DNA of 63,977 nt, filler included, from Folioceros fuciformis (GCA_049999805.1; 18 parts of 18 records of this genome joined end to end with filler, not necessarily neighbours in it); one strand, 5' to 3'. Positions 13,091-27,540 are shown, numbered from the whole stretch's first letter. Notes: generated by a model from the letters alone, not told the origin. Numbers and translations are program-made.

Positions 13091-13365
13091 CTACTTTGCC
13101 TCTCAACTTTAAGTGTGATCAGGCATACAAAATGGACAATGACACTAGGAATGTACCTACATGTGACGCACATGGAGAACCGGTTACCTACTTTGCCTCT
13201 CAACTTTAAGTGTGATCAACCACACAAAATGGACAATGGGCGGTAGGAATGTACCTACATGCCATGCACATTAGGAAGCATGCAATCACCCTCAAGCTAG
13301 TGTTGAGAATCAAGACCACAAAATGGACAATGACACTAAGAACGTACCAACATGCAATGCACAAA
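13091..13365. repeat. Degenerate ~100-130-bp tandem repeat, 2-3 units
   Basis: CTACTTTGCCTCTCAACTTTAAGTGTGATCA...CAAAATGGACAATG at 13091 and 13188; partial third unit at ~13315. Confidence 0.75.
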
Positions 13366-16300
13366 TGAAAAGTATGCAATCGCTCTCAAGCCAACGTCGA
13401 GAAGCATACCAACATCCTATCCACCATAACACTTGCAAGGTTAGTCATAGGTGGGGAGGGCTTTAATTGAAACTTGTGAGGACGTTCTCTACAATGAGAG
13501 AATGGATGGTGGGTGCATGTTCTAGCAATAGAATAACCATTTTGGTAGACGGTGGATTGACATCTCACAACATGCATCCCTCATAGTGTTCAGAGGTATG
13601 AGGTCCTCCCAGATGCAAAAGAAGAGCTTTCATTAGGCTCATATCATCATAGAGGCCCATCCTAATTTTGGGCAAAGGAGATGTGTGTCAATAGTTAGAG
13701 CTTAAGTTATTCCATCAAAATACTAAGTGACAAACTAGGGAGAACGCATATACATAGCTCATCAAGAAGGCAAGACTATGAAGGGACTATAAAGGATACA
13801 TATTTGGATGAGTGCCCATGACGTTGAAGAGTCATGAGAGGACAAGGGCTCGCAAGAGAAGACAAAATTGGACACTTTTGACAAGGAAGAGCAACAAAGG
13901 TTCGAGGATGTTGCAATAGTCTATGATTTTGTCTCTGGTCATGGGGCGGTGTGAACTAAGATGTGTGCCTCTTGAAAGGGCATTTCGTCCCATGCTTTTT
14001 CGAATGTTGTAATTGCTTTTAGTCTTGAAGGCATAGCATCACGTCATTTGATAAGTTTATGTTGAAATCGTATACCCCGACTACCTGGTTGCATCTACCC
14101 AGGCTAGGTGCACTATCTTTCATTCCAAAACGTTGGGTCCACAAAAACCACACCCATCTCAAAGCCTCACCCATCCACGAAGGGTGGCTTTGTTAAAAAA
14201 ACATAAGTCAAATGACCACTTATGTTTATAACTTTATCCCCTTGTGAGTTATAGTGCCTTTGGGGCCTACAATTATAAGAAACATACATCAAGTGTTGGA
14301 ATGAGCCCTTAATACACTTCATTCTTAAAAATAGTGATCAAAATTAGAGAGAGATCTTTACCTTTGCTTTTGTTAGGAGACTTCTTTACCACACTCATAG
14401 TTCAGGGGATCTTAAAACCTAGAGCCTCACAAGAGTGTGGCTCTACTTATCTCCACTATCACACTCACACTCTAATATCTCGCAAAAGCACTAATCGTAT
14501 ATATTCTCACAAGAGGGCAAGCTGAAGCTCTCTCGTTTGGCATTGTGATACATTTTAGGCTCCAGGAGCTAAAAAACACCCAAATCCTAGATAGCTTCAT
14601 AAGAGTAAGGGCCAAGTGCTTACCTCAAATCCAAGATCTCATAGATCATGATGATCTTCTTTAAGGTTAGCCTCATTCCAAAATTTAGAGCAAAGGAAAC
14701 CTGCGAGGAGGATGCATACATCTTTGTTTAAGTGATTGCTAGAAGCAAACTATCTTCCTTAAGTCCAAACCAAACACTCACAACCACTAATTGCACAAGT
14801 TATGAAACTAGATCTCTAGCTACATGGCTAAGACATACAACTCCATACTCGTTTGTGACAAATTTTGATTTCTCATTATGTATATGTTAAACACATATGC
14901 TTAGTGTCTTTTCTATCTATCGCCCTTAGCAAGCATTGGCCAACATCATGTATAAAACGATAACAAGTGTAGTGTATACGATGACAACCAATGTAATGTG
15001 TAACACAAACAACATCTTTAGCACTATGGTAGTTAGATCACCTTTCTATTCACTACTTTGATATCCTTGGCCCCATAAATAGTTCCAAGAGAGGCATGCA
15101 TGAGAGTTAGTCCCTCATGACTTAGTTCTCTTTCAAAGATTGTTCCCTTTTATCTCAGGGTCAATAGGTTCCTCTTACTTTTTAATATAATATATTGTGA
15201 TATAAATAAATCTTTTTAATTTTTAAAGTACATTATATATATATATATTTGTGAATTTTTAGATATATGGCATCCCATTCTATTGCATGTTTCACATATT
15301 AAACTTTTCCACTTAAAGAGAATTTCCCACACGCATGCATACAAAGAAAGTAGTTCATGATATTCATTGCATATTTTATGGTGGAAGTAAAAATATATTG
15401 ATTGAGGTTGACGTTAAAAATATTTTTTTGAAATGAATCAAATTCATTGAGCAGTTGAATTTTTTTTCATAAAGTAAAATCAATAATTATGAAAGTAAAA
15501 CTCATAATTGAATAAAAATATCTGATGATAAAATATAATAATATTAATATATGATTTAATTTTAGTTAAAGTAAAGAATTTATAATAAAAATAAACTAAG
15601 TTTGTATAGAAATATATTACTAAAATTATTTATTAATTAGTTCTTTATGTAATAAATTACTTTCTTATTCATAAAAATACAAAATATTTGTGTACTTAGA
15701 CTTTGTGAGATGAAGAATACAACACGGTAATAGGTCAATACAGTATGTGGAGTGGATGGTGCATAGAGTAGTACCTACATGGACAAGCCAAAAGGCCTAT
15801 ACAGCTTTTGCTTGCCCCTTATTTTAGCGACCGGAGAAAACCTACCTACACAGAGTACCTTGCTAGCCACCTACCGACCTAGCTACCTACCTTTTGTGTG
15901 TCGTTTCTGGCGACTCCTCACACACGCTGCGTCAATTTCAAATCTCTCACATCATCTCGTAATGTACTAGCCAGGTTTTGCCATCCCAATGCGTGCTCTT
16001 TGCGTGGCAACTTCGTGTGAATGGCCAGTGTGTGAGTGCAAGTGAAACGCGCAAGGCAACGAACGGTGCATTGGGAATGATTCTGCATGCTTCGGGTCAG
16101 GCTCCGGCGGGTGCCTGCTCCATCAAGCTGGAGCACGCCACCCTCTGCTTTCCTGGACCAGCTCCACGTAGATCCTGCGCCTCCCCGCAGTTGGTCAGCC
16201 CTCCTGCAGTACTGGTCTCCACAGCGCCTGCTCTAGTGGCACTGGCGGAATTGCAGGCACTGTGGCACCGCGGTACACCGGGCTGCCACCCGTCTAGATG

Positions 16301-16466
16301 CGTAGATGCGTGGGCGGCGATTGAATGGACCCATCCGTGCTGCTGACGGGCTACTACCGTCCAGGAGGACGAGCGGTAGGTGGGTTGCTGCTGCCTTGGG
16401 CACTGCTCTCGCATTCCAGGGCTCCTGTGGCTTGATTTTGGATCACGCATCTGGGTTTATGCTTCC

Positions 16467-19400
16467 ATGGCCAGAGGCTCTAGATTGAAGGCTTCTCCTA
16501 GCTCCAAAGAGCAGGCGGAGGCGAAGGATGCGCAGGTGGAGGAGTCCCAGAGTGCGGAGCAGGACAGACCTGTTCCAAGTACTCGATCTCGTAAGAGAGC
16601 TGCCGAAACTGGTCTGGAAGCACGGCCCGCGAAGATGCCGGCCGTGCAGATTGCCAAGCGGATCACGAAGGTGCAAGGAACTGCTGTTGATTCTGCAGTG
16701 ATGACCAGGGGACGGGCCGCTAAAACTGTGGCCCCTTCCTCCCATCCTGCTGCCAAACCCGCCAAGCATGTGTCACAAGCTCCACGCAGGAGGAAACGCA
16801 GGTCTAGGGTTCAGATCAAAGCTGGCAAGAGGAAACCTGTTAGGGCTCATGGGTTACATAAAGGAGATCAGTCAGCTGATCGAGCTGCCACAGGTTCATC
16901 AGCTCACTCGGACGCCACAGACGGGGAAACGGAGGAGCAGGGTCAAACTGATGATGCCCCAGAGCTCAAGGTGGCTGTAGTGCACCGTCGCCGTCGGGGT
17001 CCGAATTCAGCTCCCAAGAAATCTACACCTCCTGCGGAGAGTGCAGCTGGAACTGGCTCTTCCTTGCCTGCCCCTCGACATCGACGGCGGAGGCGGAAGA
17101 AGCCCAAGCCTCCTGTGGATGATCTGTCCAGGATCAAAAATCGGGTGAGGAACCTGATTTTCCGCTTGAGACGTGAACAACATCTACTAGACGCATACTC
17201 CTCCGAGGGTTGGAAAGGCCAAAGGTTTGTGTTTCATGCGTTTCCAGTCCACCGTTGAGAGATTTTTGTTGCATTTGAGCGTTCCTCACTTGTCTGCCGT
17301 GGTGAAGGGTTTGTTCATCCAACCTTACGGTGCGTGGTGCTTGTGCAGCCGAGAAAAATTAAGGCCCGAAAGAGAGCTGGAGCGGGCTGAATCTCAAATA
17401 CTGCAATGCAAGCTAGCAATCCGTGAGGCTATCAAGGAGCTGGATGTGTTGTCTTTGGAAGGATCGATCGACGAATCCGCCTTTGATGCGGAAGGCCAAA
17501 TATTTCATGAAGAGGTAGAGTTTTTGCCACCCGTCTCCGTGTGCCATGCTTTTTGGTTGCGACTTTTTTCCTTTGTGGTGTCATGGACTTCCAGGCTCTC
17601 ACTTGTGCAGTCTAATTTGACATGGACATTCTGGAGGATGTTTCAGATATTTTGTGCCATATGCAAGTCACAGGAAGCTCTGGCTGACAATGACATAATT
17701 CTTTGCGATGGGTTTTGCAATCGTGGGTTCCACCAAAAGTGTCTGGAACCCCCTCTGGCCACTGACGATAGTAAGATATCATGTTTGCAGATTTTGCAGT
17801 TTCATACATGCAATCCTAGGTTCTACAGGATAGTCTGGAAGTGAATAGGCATAAGACTAGTCAATGCGTCTGTGAATGCAGCCAGGAGGCCATGAGCAGC
17901 TTCTTCATAACTGACTTGTTGACTTTGTGTCTGAAGTCCCACCCGGGATTGAGGGCTGGCTCTGTCCTGCCTGCGAGGCCAAGGCAGATTCTCTTCAGCA
18001 CATAAATGACGAGCTTGGGACAAATTTTGGGGTGGAGAATAGCTGGGAGGTCAGTACCTGGGACTCTGAACGGAAGATAAATCACAGTTGTAGGATGCCA
18101 TTGTTGAAGTCTGCTTTTCCTGCTGATTGTACATCGTAGTTGTCCTGGATTGTTTGAAGAGAACCTGGTGGATGTCTAGACACAGCAGAGAGAATTGAGC
18201 TATGCTTTTTCAACCCTAGACTCGATAATGTGCTGCAGGAAGTTTTTCGTGAGGCAGCAGCTGCTGCTGCTGGAGAAGGGACTGTGTCTTCTGCCAATGG
18301 AGACTGGCCATCAGAAGATGACGAAGATGATGACTTTGATCCTGAAGAAGCAGAGAAGGAACTTAGTGAAGACAACGATGAGTTAGAAGAAGGCAGTCAT
18401 TCCTCGAATGATTCAGGAGATTCAGATAGTTCTGAAAATGATGCAGCTGAGGGCAGGCCTGAGGAACATTCCTCAGCCTCCGATGCGGAGGAAAATATGA
18501 CTGTCGCATCAGGGGCTGAACAGCATGATGATGTTGCTGGAGGTGCCGAGCCTCCTGCTCGGAAAAGGAGTAGGAAAACAGTTGATTACAGGAGACTGAA
18601 TGACGTAAGGCCCTGTACTTCTCAAGGGGAGTAAGTCTGATCCTTGTCAGCAGTAATGCTGGTACAATATGATACAACTGGTGTGCTTTGTTTGATTGCC
18701 ATTTGGCTGTCTCATCATGGCGCCGTAAGACTCTCTGGCTAGAGGTTGTTGATGCTTCTGTCATAGCAAGGTCTTATCTTCATTCCAAGATCCTTGCTGC
18801 AAAGTTTACTAACGTGGATTGCCCTGTGGCAGGAAATGTTCGGGGGCAAAAGTGAGGCGGATGATGACCAACATTCTGAAGATGAGGATTGGGGACCTCA
18901 GCGAAAACGACGCCCTAGAAAAGGCAGCGATGATAAAAAGGGGAGGGCAGACTATGTGGCTGACTTGAACCATGGGCCATCAAAGGTAGTTGAGGCTTCG
19001 GACATCGAAGGAGCTGATGTGAGGCAGGCTCCGGCTTGTCAGGAGAAGCGGAAAAGGGTAGTTGTGAGGTTGCCTGCTGTTGCTATTGAGGTACATTGTC
19101 TTTTGGACCATGGTCGTCTGCAGAAGACATGCTGCTGTGTAGATTTGCTTTTTTTTTCTCATTTGCTGTGTTCTGAATCAGATCATGTCATGGATAGACC
19201 AAGGTAGGTGCTGTGTAGTTACTTTCTCACAGTTTCAGCTAGACTTCTTTCGCGTGTAGACGTGCATCGTAGCAGCATGCCGGTCATCCATCGCATGCCT
19301 AGTCATCTCAGGAAATTTCCATATTGTTAACTGATCCATGTTTTACCCATCTTGTGCAGGTTATGCGTCGGACATTTGCCGTGAATGAACTTCCATCAAG

Positions 19401-19884
19401 AGCATCAAAGGATGACCTGGCTAAGGAGCTAGGTCTCTGTTATCGACAGGTTATACCTCTAGTGCTGTGTCAAGCTGGATGAGGAAATGATTGTTGGAGA
19501 TTTGGTTATTGATGTGAAACGAGCAATTTGCAGGTTGATCAGTGGTTCAAGAACATGAGGTATCATGCGCTGAAAAACGGATTGTCAACATCTTCTCGGC
19601 CACGGACCGTCGATGTCCGTGGTTCAGGTAAGGCAGCTGTACAAGACACATCTAGCCACGATGATCGTAGAAGCAGCCTACTCGGTGATGGACAGCTTCT
19701 GCAAAGGTTGGATGAGGTGGAGATGAAGCTGCACGAGTTGAAAAGAACTCTGGACATGGAGCAGGCTAGCAGGAATACTGCATTGAATGCCTCCTCGCCA
19801 AATAGTGGGAAACGGATTGTGTACGTGCCTGTGGCAGAAGTCGTGGAGGAAGCTGTAGAGGAGGGTCAGGAGTCCTCCGAGTAA
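16467..19884 (+). CDS. PRH: PHD-finger homeodomain protein (PRH/HAT3.1 family), 8 exons
   Basis: GT-AG exons 16467-17224, 17349-17514, 17647-17770, 17937-18049, 18239-18604, 18833-19090, 19360-19449, 19534-19884 give [27 protein letters not shown], PHD finger (IFCAICK...DIILCDGFCNRGFHQKCLEPPL...WLCPAC), VDYRRLNDEMFG and homeodomain ELPSRASK..LAKELGL..RQVDQWFKNMR. Confidence 0.93.
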
Positions 19885-20202
19885 AAAAACAAGTGTTGGC
19901 GTAGTGCAGGCCGGAACGGATGGAGCATTAGGTTCACATTTTTTTGGTACCTCTCCAAGGTTTCTCGACGGATTTAGGGTTTCACTGTATGTGCTGTCCT
20001 ATTTCGGGACCCCGCGTTGTGGACATCGTCAGGTGATTAATACCAGGATGGCCACCCGGGTCCCGGGATGGTTTGCTAGATACCATCTTCTCAACCATCT
20101 CTNNNNNNNNNNNNNNNNNNNNNNNNNNNNNNNNNNNNNNNNNNNNTTAATTAATTAANNNNNNNNNNNNNNNNNNNNNNNNNNNNNNNNNNNNNNNNNN
20201 NN

Positions 20203-20912
20203 AGGATTGCAGGCAGCGTGTTGCCGGCTGTACAGTGTCTGGTAGGATCGCGGGCAGCGTGTTGCCGGTTGTATAGTGTCTGGTAGGATCACAAGGTGTA
20301 ATGACCAGGGTGTAGGGGCTTGCCCCTAGCTCTTGATTGTAAAGGGTGTGTCTTTCTCTCGACCTGTCCACTCTTGTTCCTTGCTTGGTCAAGTGTTGTA
20401 GGCCGGCCATGTCTCATGGCGTCGGGTAAGGTTGTGGGGAGGAGATATCCAAGAGGGGAGTGTGTTCCCTTCTTCCTTTTGTTTGGGGTTAGTCTAGTGA
20501 CTCTTGCCGGGTAGGAGGAGTCTGTAGGGAAGTGTAGAAGGTAGTGGTGTCGTTGCTGGTTGCTGGTAGTTGTTGGTGTTGGTGCTGGAGCGAGAGAGTG
20601 AGTGAAGTGTGTGAGGGAAGTCGCAGATCTGAGAGGTTAGAGTCGTTGTAGTGACTGGAGTGAGTTTGTGGGCACCGAGAGAGGTGTAGCTGACCGCCGG
20701 ACAGCGAGGCCTGTCCTAAGCCTGATCGGAGCTGGAGGGGAGCCCTCGAATCCATCATCGAGTCGATCAAGTCCGACCCTCCATCCACAGCAGCAAGGAA
20801 CCCCATCGCTCCTTCGTGGGAACGAAACCAAATGTCTCAACGACAGTGGGATAAGTGTGGCCACTAAAGGTGGAACCCGTTGGCAATCGGTGCCCTGGGT
20901 TTTGCCTCCACA
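20203..20912 (+). mobile_element. LTR 3' portion, family B copy 2
   Basis: Shared sequence and terminus with 6676-6946 and 38969-39316; short ~41-bp tandem duplication at ~20213-20290. Confidence 0.75.
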
Positions 20913-21696
20913 GCCCCCAAGGTTTGTATCAAGACCCGACGAGGGAAAAGTTCTTTTTTTTTTTCACGAAGTACTAAAGCCCTTTCAAAATAAAATGATA
21001 AGTACAAAGGGCCCCAAGGTTCGTATTAGGACCCGACGAGGGAAAAGACTGTGACGTGGACTCCATCTGGTGACCAAGGAGGGTGCACGCATGCTCGGGA
21101 GCAACTCCAGAAGCACTAGGCTTTCAGACCCGACCTGGCCAGCACAAACCCTGAGAGTCAGAGAATGCTATGACTTCACCTCGACCTGTACCCTATGCAT
21201 GGTGTTGTAGCGCTGCCCTTGTAAGAGGGCAGTCCTTACCCACAGCTCGCCTACACTCTGGGGAAACGAGGTCCGCCCTGCTCCTGCCCTTTGGTCACCA
21301 TGCTCGCCTTGCATTGTACCTGTCTTCCATGACCACACCACCCCCTTTCCATAGGATAGGGGGATTTAGAACTTGCAGTTGTAGGACCAAGAAGGAGGCT
21401 GGTTGCTGGAGAGAAAACCTCCCTTTCTCCATGCAGCAGGTTTGAAGGCCCTTTTACTGGAGCGCTGGAGAGCTAAGGCGCTGTGGATCATGGCTTCCCA
21501 GAAGCTGCAGAGGATAGCGTTGGTGTGTTTTGGTTCCTACCCTCTGAAGGTTACAGAAGACCAGTGCACTCACAGAAGTTGAGCTTTCTTGAACACCGAC
21601 GTGTGTATATCCTCTGTAGGTGACATTGCAATGCAAGGAACAGTGAAGGACATATTCCAGCTGCAGCGCTGTGATGGCATGAGCGATTTGGTCGAG

Positions 21697-23047
21697 TGTG
21701 GAACGGAAAAGTTTGGTAATCGGTCTAGGAAAGTCTAACTTGGTTTCTTTTTGTTCAGAACAGTTCGAAGGGAGGCATGTGGAAGGTAGGTTTCTGGGCA
21801 AGTGCCCATGGTAGGTAGTGAGCAGCTGGTGAAGGTTTTTATGGATTTTTTTAGTTTTATTCTAGTAGGTTAGGATAAGAAGATACCTACGTAGTAGGAT
21901 GTCTACCTACATAAGTAGAGAGAGTACCTACATAAGTAGAGAGAGTACCTACGTGGGGAAAAATGGAAGATACCTACGTAGGTAGGGAAGGTGCTTATAC
22001 GATAGACACCCCACCTACGGCAATGGGGTAGGGAACCTACCTACAAGAAGAAGGGTAGGAAACCTACCTACGACGGGAGCGATAGGGACCCTACCTACGA
22101 AGGGACATCCTCACCTACGTAGGGAAGGAACCTCAAGTTGAAGAACAAGTGAATTCCTTCCCTACCAAACCTGTAGGTGGTGGTGAAGGGATATCCCAAG
22201 AGATCCACACTGAGGAAGGTACGGTGGAAGTTCGTAGATCCAAAAGAAGACGAATCCCAATAATAGAGGGGGGCCCAGTAGCTCAACCTTAAGACTCTGC
22301 CTCCCTTCAGGAGGCATGCTAGCCACACCTTTTTGAAAAGGGAGGTCAACGAATCTTCTATGGTAGTGTCGACAGTCCTAATCTTCATCGGTGCGCACTG
22401 CCCTAGCAACTATTGGTAGTTCTTAGCCTCTTGGTAGGTGTGCGTAGTTAAAGTTGGTGGTGGCTAGTGGTAGGTAGGAAGCCGTCTGCCATCCTATATA
22501 AGTAGAATGAAGGACTTGAGCAAACAGCCGTTTTTTGGATTGTAAGTGTTTCGTGACAAATAGAGAACCAACTTTCATAAGCCTGCGTGGACATCCTAGC
22601 GCAAGGGGGAGCTGTGAGTACCCTTTCTGTTGTCGATCGCAAAGGTTCTTGTGGTGTCTGGTTGGGAGTCTAGAACGTAGGGAGACTTGGATTGTTGTGG
22701 AAGGTATGGTGAGGAGACTTGTGGGGAAAGGTGTTGGGTGTAGGTAGTTGGAAGTGTAGGATCGTTACAAGGAGCTCTATGGTGAAGGAGGAGAGGAGGA
22801 GACAAAGAGGAGAGGAGAAAGAGAGGTCACACTCTCACAATGAGTCTCAATATGCAAGGGAGCTCAAGGGGGTATTTATACCCTCTAGAAGAGTTCCCTA
22901 AGAAGCTTCACAAGAAGCGCACAGGAAGCTGCGCAAGAAGCTTCCTACAGATTAGCTTAAGCTAATCGAAACTAATTATACTTAACTAGATACTAATCTT
23001 AGACTAAACACATTAGTCTAAGCACATTGGGCTTTATTAACCCTACA
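21697..23047 (-). mobile_element. 3' LTR (~1.35 kb, TG...CA) of a copia element
   Basis: Follows RNase H and PPT AAGTGGGAGG; begins TGTAGGG at 23047, ends TTCCACA at 21697; TATAAATA at ~22874-22881; homologous to 1-1764. Confidence 0.85.
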
Positions 23048-25230
23048 ACCTCCCACTTAAAGGCCAATTTACCTTCATAGGAGAGTGGTTTACCTCTTGC
23101 CCATGAGTGTCCAAGCTTGTGCGAATTGCTCTGAAGCAAGCCCCTTGGTAAGAATATCTGCAGGGTTCTGACTGGTGTGAACTTTGACAAGTTGTACCCT
23201 CTTGTCTTCCAACACCTCTCGAATGAAGTGATACTTCACTTCCACATGTTTGGTCTTCGCATGAAACACCAGATTCTTCGTCAATTGGATAGCACTCTAG
23301 CTGTCACAATGCAACACTGGCAGCTCAACCTTGATTCCCAAATCTCCCACTAAACGAGCAAGCCACATGGCTTCCTGGCACGCCTCCGTCCATGCAACAT
23401 ACTCGATCTTTGTGGTAGATAGCATTATGCACGACTGCAAACGAGATCGCCATGAGACTGCCCCTCCAGTGCACATGAAGACATAACTTGATGTTGACCT
23501 CCTTTTATCCATATCCCTTGCATAATCAGCATCCGTATAGCCCACGACAAATGCATCTTCACTACCAAAACATAAGCACAAAGCTTTCGTACCATTCAAG
23601 TACCTCATTTCACTGCCTCCCAATGCTTCCTACTAGGGTTTGACATAAACCTGCTAACCACTCCCACTGCAAAAGCAATGTCAGGACGTGTAGCAATCAT
23701 TGCATACATCAAACTCCCTACAACTAATGAGTATGGAACCTTCTCCATTTTAGCTTTGTCCTTCGTAGAGCTTGGGCAATCCTTGCTTGAAAGTTTCACA
23801 TATGGAGGCAACGGAGTACTCAATACCTTCCCCTTCTCCATATTGAAACGTTGAAGCACCTTGAAAATGTATTCAGTCTTAGACAAGTAAGCAAATGCTT
23901 CTGTCTGTCTCAACGAATACGCATGCCAAGAATATGGCTTGCCTCTTCCAAGTCTATCATGTCAAAGCGAGCATTCAGCTTTGACTTCAACACTGAAATC
24001 TCATCACTGTTAGTCCCAGGAATTAGCATATCATCCACATAAAGGACCAGAATGAGCAAGCTTCCATCCTTAGCTTGCTTCGTATAGAGGCAATGATCCT
24101 CATTGCTACGTTTGTAGCCTTGAGAAAGCATAAATGAGTGGAACTTGAAATACCACTCCCTGCTTCAAACCATAAAGGCTTTTGGCACTGGCGTCTTCAC
24201 CGGAGGTGGTTGTACTCTCTCCTCTTCTACAAGTGGAGGAACTTGTTCCTGCACATCACGACGTTCAACCTGCGTGGGACGATCAAGTCCATCTTCTTGG
24301 AAGACCACCCGACGCACCTCCATAGTTGGAGTAGGCTTCTTGTGCATCTTGGTCTCATTGAAGAACACAACATTGCTACGAATTACCCTCTTGGCCTCTA
24401 GATCCATAGATGGTATCCCATCTCACCAGATTCACCATAGCCAAGAAAAATACATTTTCTTGACTTGGGAGCCAACTTGTCCCAAAACTCCTTCGGAACA
24501 TGGTAGTATGCGTTGCAACCAAACATTCGTAGAAGTTCGGCTTCTTACCAAACCCCATCTCCTTTGGAACCTGCTCATCCACAGCCCTATTAGGAGATCT
24601 ATTAATAAGATGCACTGCAGTAACCATTGCTTCTGCCCAAAATCCGTTAGGCAATCCATAGTTTGACAACAAACTACGCATCCTCTCCTGGATGGTCCTA
24701 TTCATCCGTTTAGCCACACCATTCTAGGGAGGAGTATACGGGGCAGTCAATTCTCTCTTGATTCCCTTGGAATCACAGAATGACTTGAAGGCTTCAAAAT
24801 GTACTCTCCACCATTGTCTGTCCTTAGACACTTCAGTTGGAGGCTAAACTGATTCTCCACAAGGGTGACGAATTTCTGAAACACTGTTAGAACATCATCC
24901 TTTTCCCTCAAAGGATAAACCCACACCTTGTGTGAGAAATCATCTATACAAGTGACAAAATAGGATGCACCGCCTAACGATACAGTGGGCATAGGTCCAC
25001 AAACCTCACTGTGAACCTACTCAAGAGGTTTACTTTTGTGTTTACCTCTTGCTCCATGTGGTGACTTCGTTTGTTTTCCATACAAACAGTGCTCACACAT
25101 GGACAAATCGGAGAAGTCAAAAGCGGGGACGTGACCAAAACGAGATAAGATCTGAATTCCTTTTTGAGACATATGTCCTAACCGACTATGCCACAAGGAC
25201 ACACTTGGCTGTTCTGTTACACAAATCACA
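23048..25230 (-). mobile_element. Degenerate Ty1/copia pol: GAG-pre-integrase, integrase, (deletion), RT C-terminal part, RNase H
   Basis: LWHSRLGH, IDDFSHKVWVY, LRTDNGGEY, LYVDDML, GSLMYAM, YTDADYA, RRSTS, KHVEVKYHFIRE; multiple stops and frameshifts. Confidence 0.93.
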
Positions 25231-27423
25231 TGATTCAGTCTTTAGCGCACACAATTCTTCTAAATTATACTTGGTTAGCCGAAAGAATTTATCCAAGAAG
25301 AAATATCATCTCAGCTGATATGATTTGACATCACAAAATTAATTGAAAATTTTCCTCGTATATAAGAACACCAGAAGATACTTTTGTGCATAATAAAGCT
25401 GATAAAAAAATATAATTAAAAATAATTCAGGAGAACGGGGTGCAATATAATTAAAGAGGGGTCGCGGGCCATTAACGTGTGTGCCGTTCCATTGAACAGG
25501 CGTCCCATTCCCCTCCCCTTGGTGAAACGACAACTTAAGTTGTCGTATCGACAAGGGGGCACCGTTTCGGCCCAAGTGCGCCGTTCCTCATGTGTGGAGA
25601 CCTCGGTGGGCAAGGGGCTGCTAGAAATCGCCAGAGCGATCCGTCGCTGCGACAGGGGAGGCTCACCATCATCCTTGGGCGCCCTTATAGCCTTTCCTCC
25701 CTGAGTGAATTCACCCACAATTGTCGGCTAGCACGTCCTCAAGACATCACTCTTCTATCTGGGCTTCCTAGCCCCGAATCACGCTTCAATTCACAAATTT
25801 TGTTCTTCTGACAGACCTGAGACTAATCAGAAGAGAATGCCTCGACTGAGCGCTCATTCCTGGGCATGAATTTCTAAGAACGGGAGAGCGGCACCTCTGA
25901 TCTGTGTGGCCGAAGATTATAGCGGCTTCAATTCTATCTATCATATGTAGGTCTACATAGAATTGTAAGCAAGTGAAGATCCGTTGCTCATAGACCCGTT
26001 GCCATTAGAACTCCACGATTAAGCGCTTCATGCACAGATCAGTAAGATCAGTGCCTAGATGGAGCGCCTGACAGAAACTTGATAGTTTGTTTTTTTTTTT
26101 AGAAATTCTATTTTTTAATTAAAAACTCTAGATTAGGCTAGCATTTCATACTACCTAAAAGAGTATTTTAACGATGCAAACTTTTCAATCTAGATTTGCT
26201 TGCTTTTAACTTATGCAAATTCTTAACTATTTGCTTTTAATAAAGAACACTTAGATTGACGAGACACAAATCTAGAGCCCTNNNNNNNNNNNNNNNNNNN
26301 NNNNNNNNNNNNNNNNNNNNNNNNNTTAATTAATTAANNNNNNNNNNNNNNNNNNNNNNNNNNNNNNNNNNNNNNNNNNNNCTTATTATTTGAGAGGTAT
26401 ATATATATATATATATTCTTATTTATTTGAATTTTATAACTTATTTAACTAGTTAAATAACATCTTTTTATGTAGAGTTTGCATTTGCATGCTAGAAGGT
26501 AAGTGCGTGTCTTCTTACCCAAGAGAAGAGCAAAGCATGTGCCTCCTCACTAAAATCAAGAAGCCCAAGCCGAGAGATTGTGGACATGGGATAGAAGGGT
26601 TTAAGAGGACATGTAAGAAAACTTGACTAAGCTCCAATAGTGGTGCCTACAAACCCTTGAAAATCATTGCTTATGAACCTTCAAAAAGGAGCTAATTGTG
26701 ACTAGGATTTTGGAGATTGCATGTGCCTCACACAACTTCATGAACTTTTGAGGGCTAAGATTTCCTTCTTCACAATGGGTACCAAGTCCTCTCAAAAAGG
26801 CCTATCCTTGAGAAAGCAATGAGAGGCTAGTGGAAGGGATGAGAAATTCCAGCTGCCTAAAAAAGAGGCCCCCAGGAAAGAAACCTCATTTGAAAGTAGA
26901 TTTCTAGTGTAGTGACCTTCTTTGCTGATTAGTGCACATGCGCAAGCACAAACACATGTTACATGAAGATGGTTAAACAAATAAGAAGCCACTCAAACCT
27001 CATTACCGTAAGATAAGTACTTGAGGTCCATGAGCTTCACGTCTGCACAAAAGTTGGATGAAAGTGCTATCCCAGCAGCAGGTCATAATAACAAAGCGCA
27101 GGGCTGGGAGGGCCCGGCCTGAGATATAACGGAAAATACTGACCATATAACACACGGGCGACGGGTGTGGTCTGTGGGTGTCCCTTGTGGCCCGACCAGC
27201 AGGTGCGGGCTGCCCCCGTCCCGTTAGAAATCTTGAGCGTGGCGTCAAGCACGCTCAGCAGGTGGGAACACGCGCTAAAAGTCTGCAGCAGCGGGGTGGG
27301 CCTTTAGGCCCCTTTAGCGATAAATGGCCGGTGGGGCCGCTGCTACCTGCTGCTCCTAACCTCGGAGCGACATCCACACGCGGGGTGTCGTCCAAGAGCC
27401 CTCCCACCGCACATCATCTCTCC

Positions 27424-27540
27424 TGCCCGCTGCCCGGTGCCCGAAGCCCGCTGCCCGGAGCCCGCTGCCCGCTGCCCGCTGCCCGTTGCCCGTTGCCCGT
27501 TGCCCGCTGCCCGCTGCCCGCTGCCCGCTGCCCGGCGCCC
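27424..27540. repeat. GC-rich 7-bp tandem repeat (TGCCCGC/TGCCCGT), about 16 units
   Basis: Directly visible array ...GCCCGCTGCCCGCTGCCCGTTGCCCGTTGCCCG... Confidence 0.92.
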
